Positions 7,148 through 16,078 of a DNA stretch of 24,792 nt are shown here, piece after piece. The notes beneath the pieces were generated by a model. That model was not told the origin of the DNA. It made no database searches and saw only the letters and a list, made by a program, of their open reading frames with translations. The stretch is taken from assembly GCA_938084645.1 (NCBI GenBank), contig CALKEP010000042.1, positions 1-24,792 on the forward strand, read 5' to 3'. The stretch's first letter is position 1; every line of letters starts with the position of its first letter. Source of the DNA: an uncultured Phycisphaerales bacterium. GTDB lineage: Bacteria > Planctomycetota > Phycisphaerae > Phycisphaerales > SM1A02. The position numbers and the translations under genes are program-made.

Positions 7148-8344
7148 ATGGCATTCGCAAGCATCCCCGACATCCTCGAAGACCTCCGCGCTGGCCGCAT
7201 GATCATGCTCGTGGACGACGAGAACCGCGAGAACGAAGGTGACTTCGTCATCGCGGCCGAGTTCGTCACGCCGGAGATCGTCAACTTCTTCACCCGGATC
7301 GGCGGCGGCTATCTCTGCGTGGCGGTGGATGGTCCTACTTGTGAACGGCTCGAACTCGGCCCCCAGGGGGCGATCAACACCAGCCTTCGACAGACACCCT
7401 TCACCATCTCGGTCGACGGCCATCCCCGGCATGGAGTCGGCACCGGCATCAGTTCCAGCGATCGGGCGATCACCATCCGCATGATGGCCGACCCCGCTTC
7501 CCGCGCCGATGACTTCGTGCGACCGGGCCACATCAATCCACTCCGTGCCCGACCGGGTGGCGTCCTGGTTCGAACCGGGCAGACCGAAGGTTCCGTGGAC
7601 CTCTGCAAGCTCGCCGGACTCCACCCGGCGGCCGCGATCATCGAGGTCGTGAAGCCCGACGGGGACATGGCGCGGCTTCCGGATCTCGAAGTGATGTGCG
7701 ATGAACACGGCATGAAGATGTGCTCGGTCGAGCAGATCATCCAGCATCGCCTCGCCCAGGAGGCGATGGTCGAACGGATCGCACCCATCGAGGGTCGGAG
7801 CATCGAGACGCCGGAGGGCGTCTTCAGAATGATCGCGTGGCGAAGCAGCATCGACGCCCTTCCCCATGTCGCCTTGTGTACGGGTGGGGTCGGCGACATC
7901 GACGAAAGCGGGCGATCCGTCGCGAACGACGAGCCGACGCTCGTTCGCGTGCAGCGGCGTGATCTTCTCGGCGACACCTTCGGGGTCGCGGGCGATTCGA
8001 ATCGATCGAGTCGCGACGACCTGCTCGCGAGTCTTCGGGCGATTCGGGACGCGGGCCGCGGGGCACTCGTCTACATGCGGCCGGAGTCCGGCAATGAAGA
8101 GATCTCGAACGTATTGCACGAGGTCGCCCGACGCGAGGAGGACGTCAACGCCCCTGATCTCGCCCGTCCCGACGGCATCGGGGCGAAGGTGGTGCCGATG
8201 GACCAGCGCGAGCTGGGGATCGGCAGCCAGATCCTCCGCGATCTCGGCCTCTCGAAGCTCCGGCTGCTCACCAACCACCCGCGACCGTGGCCGACCCTGC
8301 ACGGCTTCGGCCTCGAAGTGGTCGAGAGCGTGCCGCTGGGTTGA
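7148..8344 (+). CDS. ribB: 3,4-dihydroxy-2-butanone 4-phosphate synthase fused to a degenerate GTP cyclohydrolase II domain (RibBX-type)
   Basis: RibB motifs VDDENRENEGD, RPGHINPL, RTGQTEGSVDL, DGDMAR. The C-domain keeps RibA shape (LVRV...GDTFG, GIGSQILRDLG...LLTN) but lacks the Zn-binding cysteines. Start ATG 7148 chosen by homology. Confidence 0.9.
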   Translation: MAFASIPDILEDLRAGRMIMLVDDENRENEGDFVIAAEFVTPEIVNFFTRIGGGYLCVAVDGPTCERLELGPQGAINTSLRQTPFTISVDGHPRHGVGTGISSSDRAITIRMMADPASRADDFVRPGHINPLRARPGGVLVRTGQTEGSVDLCKLAGLHPAAAIIEVVKPDGDMARLPDLEVMCDEHGMKMCSVEQIIQHRLAQEAMVERIAPIEGRSIETPEGVFRMIAWRSSIDALPHVALCTGGVGDIDESGRSVANDEPTLVRVQRRDLLGDTFGVAGDSNRSSRDDLLASLRAIRDAGRGALVYMRPESGNEEISNVLHEVARREEDVNAPDLARPDGIGAKVVPMDQRELGIGSQILRDLGLSKLRLLTNHPRPWPTLHGFGLEVVESVPLG

Positions 8345-8365
8345 GACGGCCGGGCCCCGGATCGG

Positions 8366-11299
8366 TCAGGGAAGAATCGCCATGCCACGGGTCAGCGGCT
8401 CGCCCGTCGAGGCATCGCGGAGGATCGACCACGTCCTGCCACCGTCGGTCGAGACTTCGGCCGGATGCGAGGAGGGATCACCTTCGTCCGCCGGGGTGAC
8501 CGCGGTCTGGTTGATGGCGATCGGGCTGCTGGCGGGTGCGATTCCGGTGGGTTTGATCGAGAACTCGATCGAGGCGATCTCCCGGGACTGGGTCGGCAGC
8601 AGTTCACCGAACTGGTAGCTCAGGATGGGCGTGAACATCGGGTTCACCTGTCCGAACACCGGGATGGTCAGGGGCGTCGTCTCGACGATCGCCGCGGGGC
8701 CGCCGTCGGTGAACTCGATCACCACCCTGAACGGCGTGGCCGGAACGGTGAAGCCGCTGGGCGACCTCAAGTCGGGATCGTCGGCATCGAGGCGGACGCC
8801 CACGCTGCTCCCGCTCCCGTTCGGCACGATCGTGATGAACGCGTCCGAGATCGAGAAGAGTCCGGGCGACACCGGCTGACGGATCCGGGTGAACACATTA
8901 CCGGGGGACAGCATCCCCCACGGATAACCGACCGTGAGCCAATCGGGCGCGAACGTGGGGATGAACGGGACCGCCACGTTCGCGGGGTCGCAGGGAATCC
9001 CCGATCCGAAGAACGCACCTTCGACGCAGGCGAAGGGCGAGGACTGGCTGCAGTCGCCGGTCGGGAGAAGGCAGGCACCGATCCTCGGGTCGCTTGGGGA
9101 CACGACGAACCGGCCACCGTTGGTGTCCCACTGGAGCGATTCGCAGTCGAGGTCGACCGTGAACGCCGACAAGGCGCCGAAACGACCGGCGAGCACGACT
9201 CTTCCGAGGGGATCGCCCTCATCGAGAAGACGGTCGCTTCGGTAGTTCGCGAGAACCTCGCGACCGTTGCAGTCGAAGACGTATCCCCGGGTGGGCACCG
9301 GGGCGCACGATCCCCAGCCGACCAGCATGATCGCCAGGTCGCGGCTGCCGACGATGCCGTCCCCATTCAGATCGGCGACGCAGGGGCCGATCTCCGGGCA
9401 GGCGCCCCAGGCGGCAAACAGGATCGGGAGGTCGGCGCCGTCCACCGATCCATCCCCATTCAGGTCTCCGGGGCACGGATCGACGAGATTGGCGGTCATC
9501 GCGTATCCGACGCCGTCCGGCATGCCCGGCCAGCTCGCCAGGGCGGGCGCCCAGTCGATGCGGACGCCGGCGGAGGTCGACGACCGGACCACGCGATCCA
9601 TCGTCTGAACGACCGCCGCCTGCTGGATCCAGGCGTCGCTGTCGAAGAGGACCCGACCATCCGCGACATCGACGATCCGGACGGTGGCTCCGGGAACGAG
9701 GATCCTGTCCTCGCTGTCGGGGATCTCGACCGCGGGCACCCCGAGAAGCCCGAGGGTGATCTCGACCGGTCCATCGGGGTGGTTGACGAAGCGTGATTGC
9801 TCGAAGTCGAGGGGGATCGGGGCGAGGCCGTCTCCGAGTCGAACGCTCGCGACGCCGTCGACCCACGCGAGTGGTGCGGGATCGAGGCCCGTCGGCAGGG
9901 TGCAGGACTGGAGAAGCAGGTTCGGACCGCCGCCGAGGATCGCCTGGCCCGGGCGCGTCCAGGGACTGGTCGCTCGATCGGAGAGGACCCCTTCGGCGGC
10001 CGACGAGAGCAGCGCGAGTCGCGTGCGATGGGCGATCCGCCACGGGGCGACCTCGAGCTCCGCGGCGGTCGGCGGGTGGAGCTCGAGCTGGAGGGCTGCC
10101 ACGCCCGCGGCCATCGGCGTCGCCTGGGAGGTCCCGCTCTCGAGCTCGAAGCCTCCATCGGGAGCGAGCCGATCTGCGACCAGGATGGCCGCGCCGGGTG
10201 CCCAGAGATCGACGAACGGTCCGAAGTTTGTGAACGCGGTGGGGTGGTCGGCGGCGTCCATCGCTCCGATCGTCGACGCGAAGAAGGTCGAGGCCGGCGT
10301 CTTCCAGGAGGCGGGATTCGTCTCGTTCCCCGCGGCGACGAAGATCGGGATGCCCACCCGCTCGACCGCGGCGAACGCCGCGTCGTAGCTGGCCGGGACA
10401 CTCCCGAACGCCGGACCGCCGAGCGAGAGGTTGGCGACCGCGGGGAGGAGTTCGTCCGCCCTTTGCACGGTCCAGTCGAGGGCGGCCGTCACCGCCGCGT
10501 TGGTGATCGAATCGTCGAGCTCCTCGACTCGCAGGGCCGCGAGCCATGCCTCGGGCGCGATCCCGATGGTCGAGCCGGCGGCGATGCTCGCGACACCCGT
10601 GCCATGGCCGTCGACGTCGTCCCCGTCCGGGGCACCGTCGGAGCTGAAGTCGACCGACCAGCGAACGCGATCGCCGAACTCCGCGTGGTCGGCGTTGATG
10701 CCGGAGTCGATCACCACCACCGTCACCCCCGCGCCGGTGGCACCGCAGCGATCGAGTTCGGGCGCATCGCCGTCGGGCGAGGAGATTCGACGGTTCCCCC
10801 AGGGCGTGGCGAATCGGTCCTCGCCGGGCATCGCCGAGCGATCGAGGGTCGCGCCGAGGTCGGCGTCGACGGCGACGACCCGGGGATCGTCGACGAGTCG
10901 TCCCGCTTCCGCCGGCGAGAACGCGCCGGCGAACCCGACGATCGCGTGGCGGTAGCGATGCGAGAGGCGATCCGACGCGATCCCCGCGGCGGCGAGGACC
11001 GCATCGATCGAGTCATCGATCGCGGGTCGAGCCTCGTGCTTCCCGGCGGGCCGCTCGTCGAGCATGACGATCCAGAGGGGATGGCCGGTCGCTTCGTCGA
11101 TCACCTGGCCGGGATGCACCGGCAGGGGGTCGATGGCCGCGGGCATTTCCGTCACCGCGGTGACCGGTCGAACGTTCTCCTTTGCGGTGCTCGGGGGGGC
11201 CGCGGACCAGGTCTGGGAGTGAAGGCCCAGAACGGCGAGACAGAGCGCGACGCTCTGGGAGCGCATGCGGGGGTGCGTGAAATCCATCGGTCTCTCCAT
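8366..11299 (-). CDS. Secreted S8 subtilisin-like serine protease with I9-like propeptide, internal dockerin-like pair and extra C-terminal domains
   Basis: Signal peptide, propeptide 'WIVML...RYRHAIVGFAG', triad VIDSGI / DGHGTGVAS / SGTSQATP, oxyanion AAGNE. Alternative start ATG 11287 has GGAGAG upstream. Confidence 0.9.
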   Translation of the reverse strand: MERPMDFTHPRMRSQSVALCLAVLGLHSQTWSAAPPSTAKENVRPVTAVTEMPAAIDPLPVHPGQVIDEATGHPLWIVMLDERPAGKHEARPAIDDSIDAVLAAAGIASDRLSHRYRHAIVGFAGAFSPAEAGRLVDDPRVVAVDADLGATLDRSAMPGEDRFATPWGNRRISSPDGDAPELDRCGATGAGVTVVVIDSGINADHAEFGDRVRWSVDFSSDGAPDGDDVDGHGTGVASIAAGSTIGIAPEAWLAALRVEELDDSITNAAVTAALDWTVQRADELLPAVANLSLGGPAFGSVPASYDAAFAAVERVGIPIFVAAGNETNPASWKTPASTFFASTIGAMDAADHPTAFTNFGPFVDLWAPGAAILVADRLAPDGGFELESGTSQATPMAAGVAALQLELHPPTAAELEVAPWRIAHRTRLALLSSAAEGVLSDRATSPWTRPGQAILGGGPNLLLQSCTLPTGLDPAPLAWVDGVASVRLGDGLAPIPLDFEQSRFVNHPDGPVEITLGLLGVPAVEIPDSEDRILVPGATVRIVDVADGRVLFDSDAWIQQAAVVQTMDRVVRSSTSAGVRIDWAPALASWPGMPDGVGYAMTANLVDPCPGDLNGDGSVDGADLPILFAAWGACPEIGPCVADLNGDGIVGSRDLAIMLVGWGSCAPVPTRGYVFDCNGREVLANYRSDRLLDEGDPLGRVVLAGRFGALSAFTVDLDCESLQWDTNGGRFVVSPSDPRIGACLLPTGDCSQSSPFACVEGAFFGSGIPCDPANVAVPFIPTFAPDWLTVGYPWGMLSPGNVFTRIRQPVSPGLFSISDAFITIVPNGSGSSVGVRLDADDPDLRSPSGFTVPATPFRVVIEFTDGGPAAIVETTPLTIPVFGQVNPMFTPILSYQFGELLPTQSREIASIEFSIKPTGIAPASSPIAINQTAVTPADEGDPSSHPAEVSTDGGRTWSILRDASTGEPLTRGMAILP

Positions 11300-11491
11300 C
11301 CCCGGATCAGATAGGCGAATTCTCGATCGTCGGCGCCCCTGCCGGGAACGACCAAAAGATCGATCAGTGATATCCGGCGACCGGCGTTCGATCCACCAAA
11401 ACCTTGAAATGAGCCGAGACGCGTGGCGTTCGATCCAGGGGAGGCGCCGGTAACATCAAGTCGAAACACGGGTTGATCACCCTCGGGGCCA

Positions 11492-11908
11492 TCACCCGCA
11501 CCAGGCCTCGGCTTCGATCTCGACGAGCGCATCATCGACGAGCTTCGCCACCTCCACCAGCACGTTCGCGGGTCTGATGCCTTCGAACGCGGGACCCATC
11601 ACCACGGCGATCTCCTCCCATCGGTCGATCGCGGTCGTGTAGATGCGGACCTTCACGACGTGGTCGAGCGACGCGCCGAACGGTTCGAGGGCCTCCTCGA
11701 TTCGCTCGACGCAGCGTTGGGTCTGGGCCGTGAGTCCCTCCGGCCAGGTGCCGTCGGCGTTGATGCCCACGCAGCCGGCGACCCAGATCATCGGCCCCGC
11801 CTGGACCGCGCGGCTGTAGCCCATCCGAGGTTCCCACGGAGAATCGGTCTCGAGACGCCTTCGGCCGTCGGGGCCCTCGACCATGGTCCGGCGTGGTGGT
11901 GAAGGCAT
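11492..11908 (-). CDS. Rid (YjgF/YER057c/UK114) family protein, non-RidA subfamily
   Basis: SPWEPRMGYSRAV, DHVVKVRIY, RPANVLVEVAKL, LVEIEAEA. SD CAGGAGA lies 5 nt before ATG 11908. Confidence 0.88.
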   Translation of the reverse strand: MPSPPRRTMVEGPDGRRRLETDSPWEPRMGYSRAVQAGPMIWVAGCVGINADGTWPEGLTAQTQRCVERIEEALEPFGASLDHVVKVRIYTTAIDRWEEIAVVMGPAFEGIRPANVLVEVAKLVDDALVEIEAEAWCG

Positions 11909-12129
11909 CGGTGTCTCCTGGGGTGGGGCGGGGCGGACCTTGGACATCCTAGGTCGTGGATCCCACCCATCCTGCGGAATCAGCATCGGTCGGACGCACG
12001 GTTCGTGGCTTGATGGGAGAATGCCGACGCGTTCTTCGGGAAGTCGGCCTCGCGAGGTGGTCTCGCCGCCGCTTCACGCGAACCATATGAAAGGAATCCC
12101 GGTTCGGGATTCCAGAAGGGCCTCACCGG

Positions 12130-13140
12130 ATGCCAGCTCGCGGGAACAACCACGGTTCGAGCACCCCGATGATCGCGACGGCCTCCCTCGCGATGGCCTT
12201 GTTCGTCGCCTTCGCGGCGGCCGACGGTCTCGCGTCCATGCCGGTCGACGACGAGGGTGTTGGCGGCGAGACCGAGATCCCCGCCTGCTGCACGCCGGCG
12301 GACCCGCTCTCCCTTCGACTGACCAGCGTGTTGCGCACTCCACCGTCGAGCACGGACGGCGTCGCCGACACGAATGCCGATCGCGAAGTCCGCCGACTCC
12401 TTGCCGCGATCGACGTGCAGACCCTCGGCCTGCGCGACTTCGCCTCCCGGGTCCGCATGGACACCTATGACGATCTGGCGGACGAGACGGAGAAGCGTTT
12501 CGGTCGGGTGTACATGGTGATGCCGCCACTCGCCGCGGAAGAGGACCCGAAGGCCGAACCATCCGCAGAGGCCGAAGGCGAAGTCCAGGTCCGGAAGCAT
12601 CGCCGAGCCGCGATCGTCTTCGAGCGTTCGATCGAGCCGAGCGGTCGGGCACGGGAACGGCTCGAGCACTTCGTCCTCGATGACGGCGTGCTGAGCGACT
12701 ACGACCACGAGGCGAAGCGACTCGTTCGACGCCGCGTGGTCGAACCCGGCGATCGCCGGGATCCGCTCCGACTCGGCGACGGCCCCGTGCCGCTTCCGAT
12801 CGGACAACGAAGCGCGGACATCGTCCGCCACTTCGACGTCACGCTGGCGCCGGCGGTTCCGGATCGGATCGCGAAGTCCGCGGACGGCGTGATCGGTCTT
12901 CACCTCGTGCCGAAACCAGGGACGGAGATGGCCGAAAACCGCAAGATCACCAGCATCGATCTCTGGCTCGTCGGCGAAGATCATCTGCCCTTCGCGGTGG
13001 AACTCCGCGAACGTGACGGCGATCGCACCACGGTCCGGTTCTTCGATCCGGTGTTGAACGCGGGCATCGACGCCACCGCCCGGCGGTGGCTGGAAGCCCC
13101 CGACGTCGACCCCAAGGTCTGGAGGATCGAGTCCAGGTGA
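12130..13140 (+). CDS. Exported hypothetical protein, probable LolA-like fold
   Basis: Signal-like N-terminus. Beta-rich pattern 'FVLDDGVLSDYDHEAKRLV', 'LHLVPK', 'IDLWL...LPFAVEL...DGDRTTVRF...LN' resembles LolA-type carriers. Start could be 12169. Confidence 0.6.
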   Translation: MPARGNNHGSSTPMIATASLAMALFVAFAAADGLASMPVDDEGVGGETEIPACCTPADPLSLRLTSVLRTPPSSTDGVADTNADREVRRLLAAIDVQTLGLRDFASRVRMDTYDDLADETEKRFGRVYMVMPPLAAEEDPKAEPSAEAEGEVQVRKHRRAAIVFERSIEPSGRARERLEHFVLDDGVLSDYDHEAKRLVRRRVVEPGDRRDPLRLGDGPVPLPIGQRSADIVRHFDVTLAPAVPDRIAKSADGVIGLHLVPKPGTEMAENRKITSIDLWLVGEDHLPFAVELRERDGDRTTVRFFDPVLNAGIDATARRWLEAPDVDPKVWRIESR

Positions 13141-15926
13141 ATCGACGACGCCGACCAATCAGCATCGCATCGCGCCGTGCCGTCATGGTCCTCACCGGGA
13201 TCGCGGCACTCACCCTGCCGGCGGTGGCCCAGGAGCAGGCCCTCGTGCCGGGGGCGGTCGCGCCATCGCCGCTCGTCGTCGAGGCGATGAAAGCGGACTG
13301 GCTGACCCCCGAGGAGCGGGCGGCGATGCGCCGTCGTCACGGAACCTGGCTTCTCGAGGACGTGATGGAAGATGGTCCCGGCCGGGCTCGTGTCGCGATG
13401 GGGCTCGGTCGATGGGATCTGGTGGCCGATGCGAGCGATGCGCCGATCCAACTCCGGGCCGAGGCGCTTCGCCGACTCGGACGCTCCGAGGAAGGCCTCG
13501 CGCTCCTCGACGAGGCGACCGTCGTCGAATCGAGCGCGGCCGCCATGGAGGCCGCTCGCGCTCGTCTGCTCCACGTCCTCGGTCGTCGCGAAGAAGCACT
13601 GGCCGCGGCCGCGAGCACCATTCGAATCGCGGACGCCGTGTCGCCACCCGAGATCGGATCGAGCCTCGCCCGGGTGGACGCGATGCGGATCAGACTCGAC
13701 GCGGGTGGAGGTCGTCCCGACGACTTCCAGCTCATGCTCGATCGACTCGGGACCGCCCGCACCACGATCGACCGGCTCGATCCGAGACCACGATTGCTGG
13801 AAGGTCGGCTCCTCGTCGAACGCTCGAGCATCGGGGAGGGGATTCCCGCGCTGCACGAGGCGCTCGCACTCGATCCCCGCCTGGCGGCGTCGTGGTTCGA
13901 TCTGGGATCGATCGCCCTGCGTTCCTTCGACTTCGATTCGGCGGAGCGGGCGGCGGCGACGCTCGACCGGCTGCATGGACTGCTCGACGTCGAGGGCGAG
14001 CCTCCGAAGGGGCATCCGCTCGCGACGCTCATTCGAGCCCGCAGCGCCATGACTCGAAACGACCCGGACCTCGCGGTGGAGTTTCTGGACGAGCTTCTGG
14101 CGCGGCATCCCCGGATGCCTGAAGCGCTCGCGCTGCGGGCGGCCGCCGCGGCGGTCCGCTACGACCTGAAGGAGGAGGCCGACTGGCTCGCCCGGCTCGA
14201 CGAGGTCGAACCCGGCTCCCCCATGGGTTGGTACGAGGTCGGGTCGGCGCTCTCGTTCGACCGGCAGTACGAGGACGCGGCCGCGGCGCTCGCGGAGGCG
14301 ATACGCCGCCGCCCGGCGTGGGCGGCGCCGCACGTCGAACTCGGCCTGCTCGAGATGCAGTCCGGTCGGGACGCCGAGGCGCGATTCGCGCTGGACACCG
14401 CGACGAATCTCGATCCCTACAACAAGCGAGCGGCGTTCAGCGAGTTCCTGCTCGAGGAGATCGAAGGCTTCGAGGTGCTCGAGAGCGAGCACTTCGTACT
14501 GAAGTACCGACCCGGCGTGGACGAGGTGGTCGCAAAGGGCATGCTCGGCCCGCTGGAGGAGATGCACGCCGACCTCGCGAATCGGTTCCGACACGAACCG
14601 GATCGGAAGACGGTGATCGAGCTGATGCCCGACCACAAGTTCTTCGCGGTTCGGATCACCGGCATGCCGGCGATCCACACCATCGCCGCGTGCACCGGTC
14701 CGCTGATCGCGATCGAAGTCCCGCGGGAGGGGCCGCCCGACAAGCATCTCGGTCTCTTCGACTGGTTGCGGGTGCTTCGCCACGAGTACGCCCACACCAT
14801 CACCCTGAGCCAGACCCGCAACCGGATTCCGCACTGGCTCACCGAAGCCGCGGCGGTGAGCATCGAGGGCGTGCCCCGCGAGTATCGGATCGCGAGTCAG
14901 CTCGCGGAACGGTGGAAACGTGGCGATCTCTTCGATCTCGACGAGATCAACTGGGCGTTCGTCCGGCCCAAGCGACCGGGTGACCGCAGCTTCGCATACG
15001 CGCAGGGCCACTGGATGGTCGAGTTCATGAACGAGCGGTGGGGCGATTCGGCGCTGGTCGAGTTGATCGATCTGTACTTCGACGGGGTCCAGGAGAAGGA
15101 CGCGATTCCGCGGGCCCTGGGCGTCTCACGCGAGGACTTCCATCGCGATTTCGTCGATTGGGCGGGTACCCAGGTCCGAAGCTGGGGACTCGACCCCTCG
15201 CCTTCGCTCGACGAGCTCGCGGATCGGGTTCGAATGCGGGATCCCGATCAGGTGGCGGGACTCGATGAAGCCAGGCAGTCGCGGCTCGCCCGGATCGCGG
15301 ACCTCCTCGCGGGGGAGATCGGACGTCCGCTGCGACCCGGTGAGTCCGCGGAGGCGGCCCGGACCGTCGGTGACGCGTGGCCCGCGCTCCAGCGACCGCC
15401 GGTCGAGATCGGCGACGACGACCTGCAGGCGCTCCTCCAGGAGTTTCCCGATCATCCGGATCTGCTCGAACTCACGATTCGCCGACGGATGCGAAGCGAC
15501 TCGACGGTCGACGACGGGGTGCGGGCGATGCTCGAACGGTACGCCGCGGTCCGGCCGGTCGATCCCTATCCGCATCGCGTGCTCGCCCGGGACCTGCTCG
15601 ACGGTGAAGAGCCGACCAAGGCGATCCCTCACCTGATCGAGCTCGATCTTCGGAGCGTCAAGGACAACAGTTTCGCGCTGGAGATCGCCCGATTGTCTCG
15701 GAAGGTCGGCGCGCCGCGGAAGGCCCACGAGGCCGCGGAACGAGGCGTTCGAATGAACCCCTATCACGCGGCCAACCGCGAACTCGCCGCGGCGTGCGCG
15801 GTCGAGGCGGGGGAACTCGCGGCGGCCCGCCGTCACATCGAGGCCCTCGTGGTGCTCGAGCCCGATGAGCCTCGTCATGTGCGACGGATGGAGGCGATCG
15901 AGCGACTCCTCGAACGAGGTCGTTGA
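13137..15926 (+). CDS. Exported TPR-repeat protein with a peptidase MA-like (gluzincin) domain
   Basis: GTG 13137 overlaps the upstream TGA. Signal peptide (AVA-QE), TPR-like helices (ALALDPRLAASW, AIRRRPAWAAPHVELG), VLRHEYAH followed by PHWLTEAAA, and AYAQG...VEFM. Confidence 0.85.
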   Translation: MNRRRRPISIASRRAVMVLTGIAALTLPAVAQEQALVPGAVAPSPLVVEAMKADWLTPEERAAMRRRHGTWLLEDVMEDGPGRARVAMGLGRWDLVADASDAPIQLRAEALRRLGRSEEGLALLDEATVVESSAAAMEAARARLLHVLGRREEALAAAASTIRIADAVSPPEIGSSLARVDAMRIRLDAGGGRPDDFQLMLDRLGTARTTIDRLDPRPRLLEGRLLVERSSIGEGIPALHEALALDPRLAASWFDLGSIALRSFDFDSAERAAATLDRLHGLLDVEGEPPKGHPLATLIRARSAMTRNDPDLAVEFLDELLARHPRMPEALALRAAAAAVRYDLKEEADWLARLDEVEPGSPMGWYEVGSALSFDRQYEDAAAALAEAIRRRPAWAAPHVELGLLEMQSGRDAEARFALDTATNLDPYNKRAAFSEFLLEEIEGFEVLESEHFVLKYRPGVDEVVAKGMLGPLEEMHADLANRFRHEPDRKTVIELMPDHKFFAVRITGMPAIHTIAACTGPLIAIEVPREGPPDKHLGLFDWLRVLRHEYAHTITLSQTRNRIPHWLTEAAAVSIEGVPREYRIASQLAERWKRGDLFDLDEINWAFVRPKRPGDRSFAYAQGHWMVEFMNERWGDSALVELIDLYFDGVQEKDAIPRALGVSREDFHRDFVDWAGTQVRSWGLDPSPSLDELADRVRMRDPDQVAGLDEARQSRLARIADLLAGEIGRPLRPGESAEAARTVGDAWPALQRPPVEIGDDDLQALLQEFPDHPDLLELTIRRRMRSDSTVDDGVRAMLERYAAVRPVDPYPHRVLARDLLDGEEPTKAIPHLIELDLRSVKDNSFALEIARLSRKVGAPRKAHEAAERGVRMNPYHAANRELAAACAVEAGELAAARRHIEALVVLEPDEPRHVRRMEAIERLLERGR

Positions 15927-16078
15927 TTCCGCGAGTGGCGACGGGATCGGGCGAACCACCGGTCGATTCCCCGCGAATCACAGGTTCCGGGACCTGATCC
16001 GGGAGCGCATGGAGCGATCTCGGCCGCGGTCGGCGAAGGATCGATGCGTTCGGACCGACCGGACCTACACTCGGATGA

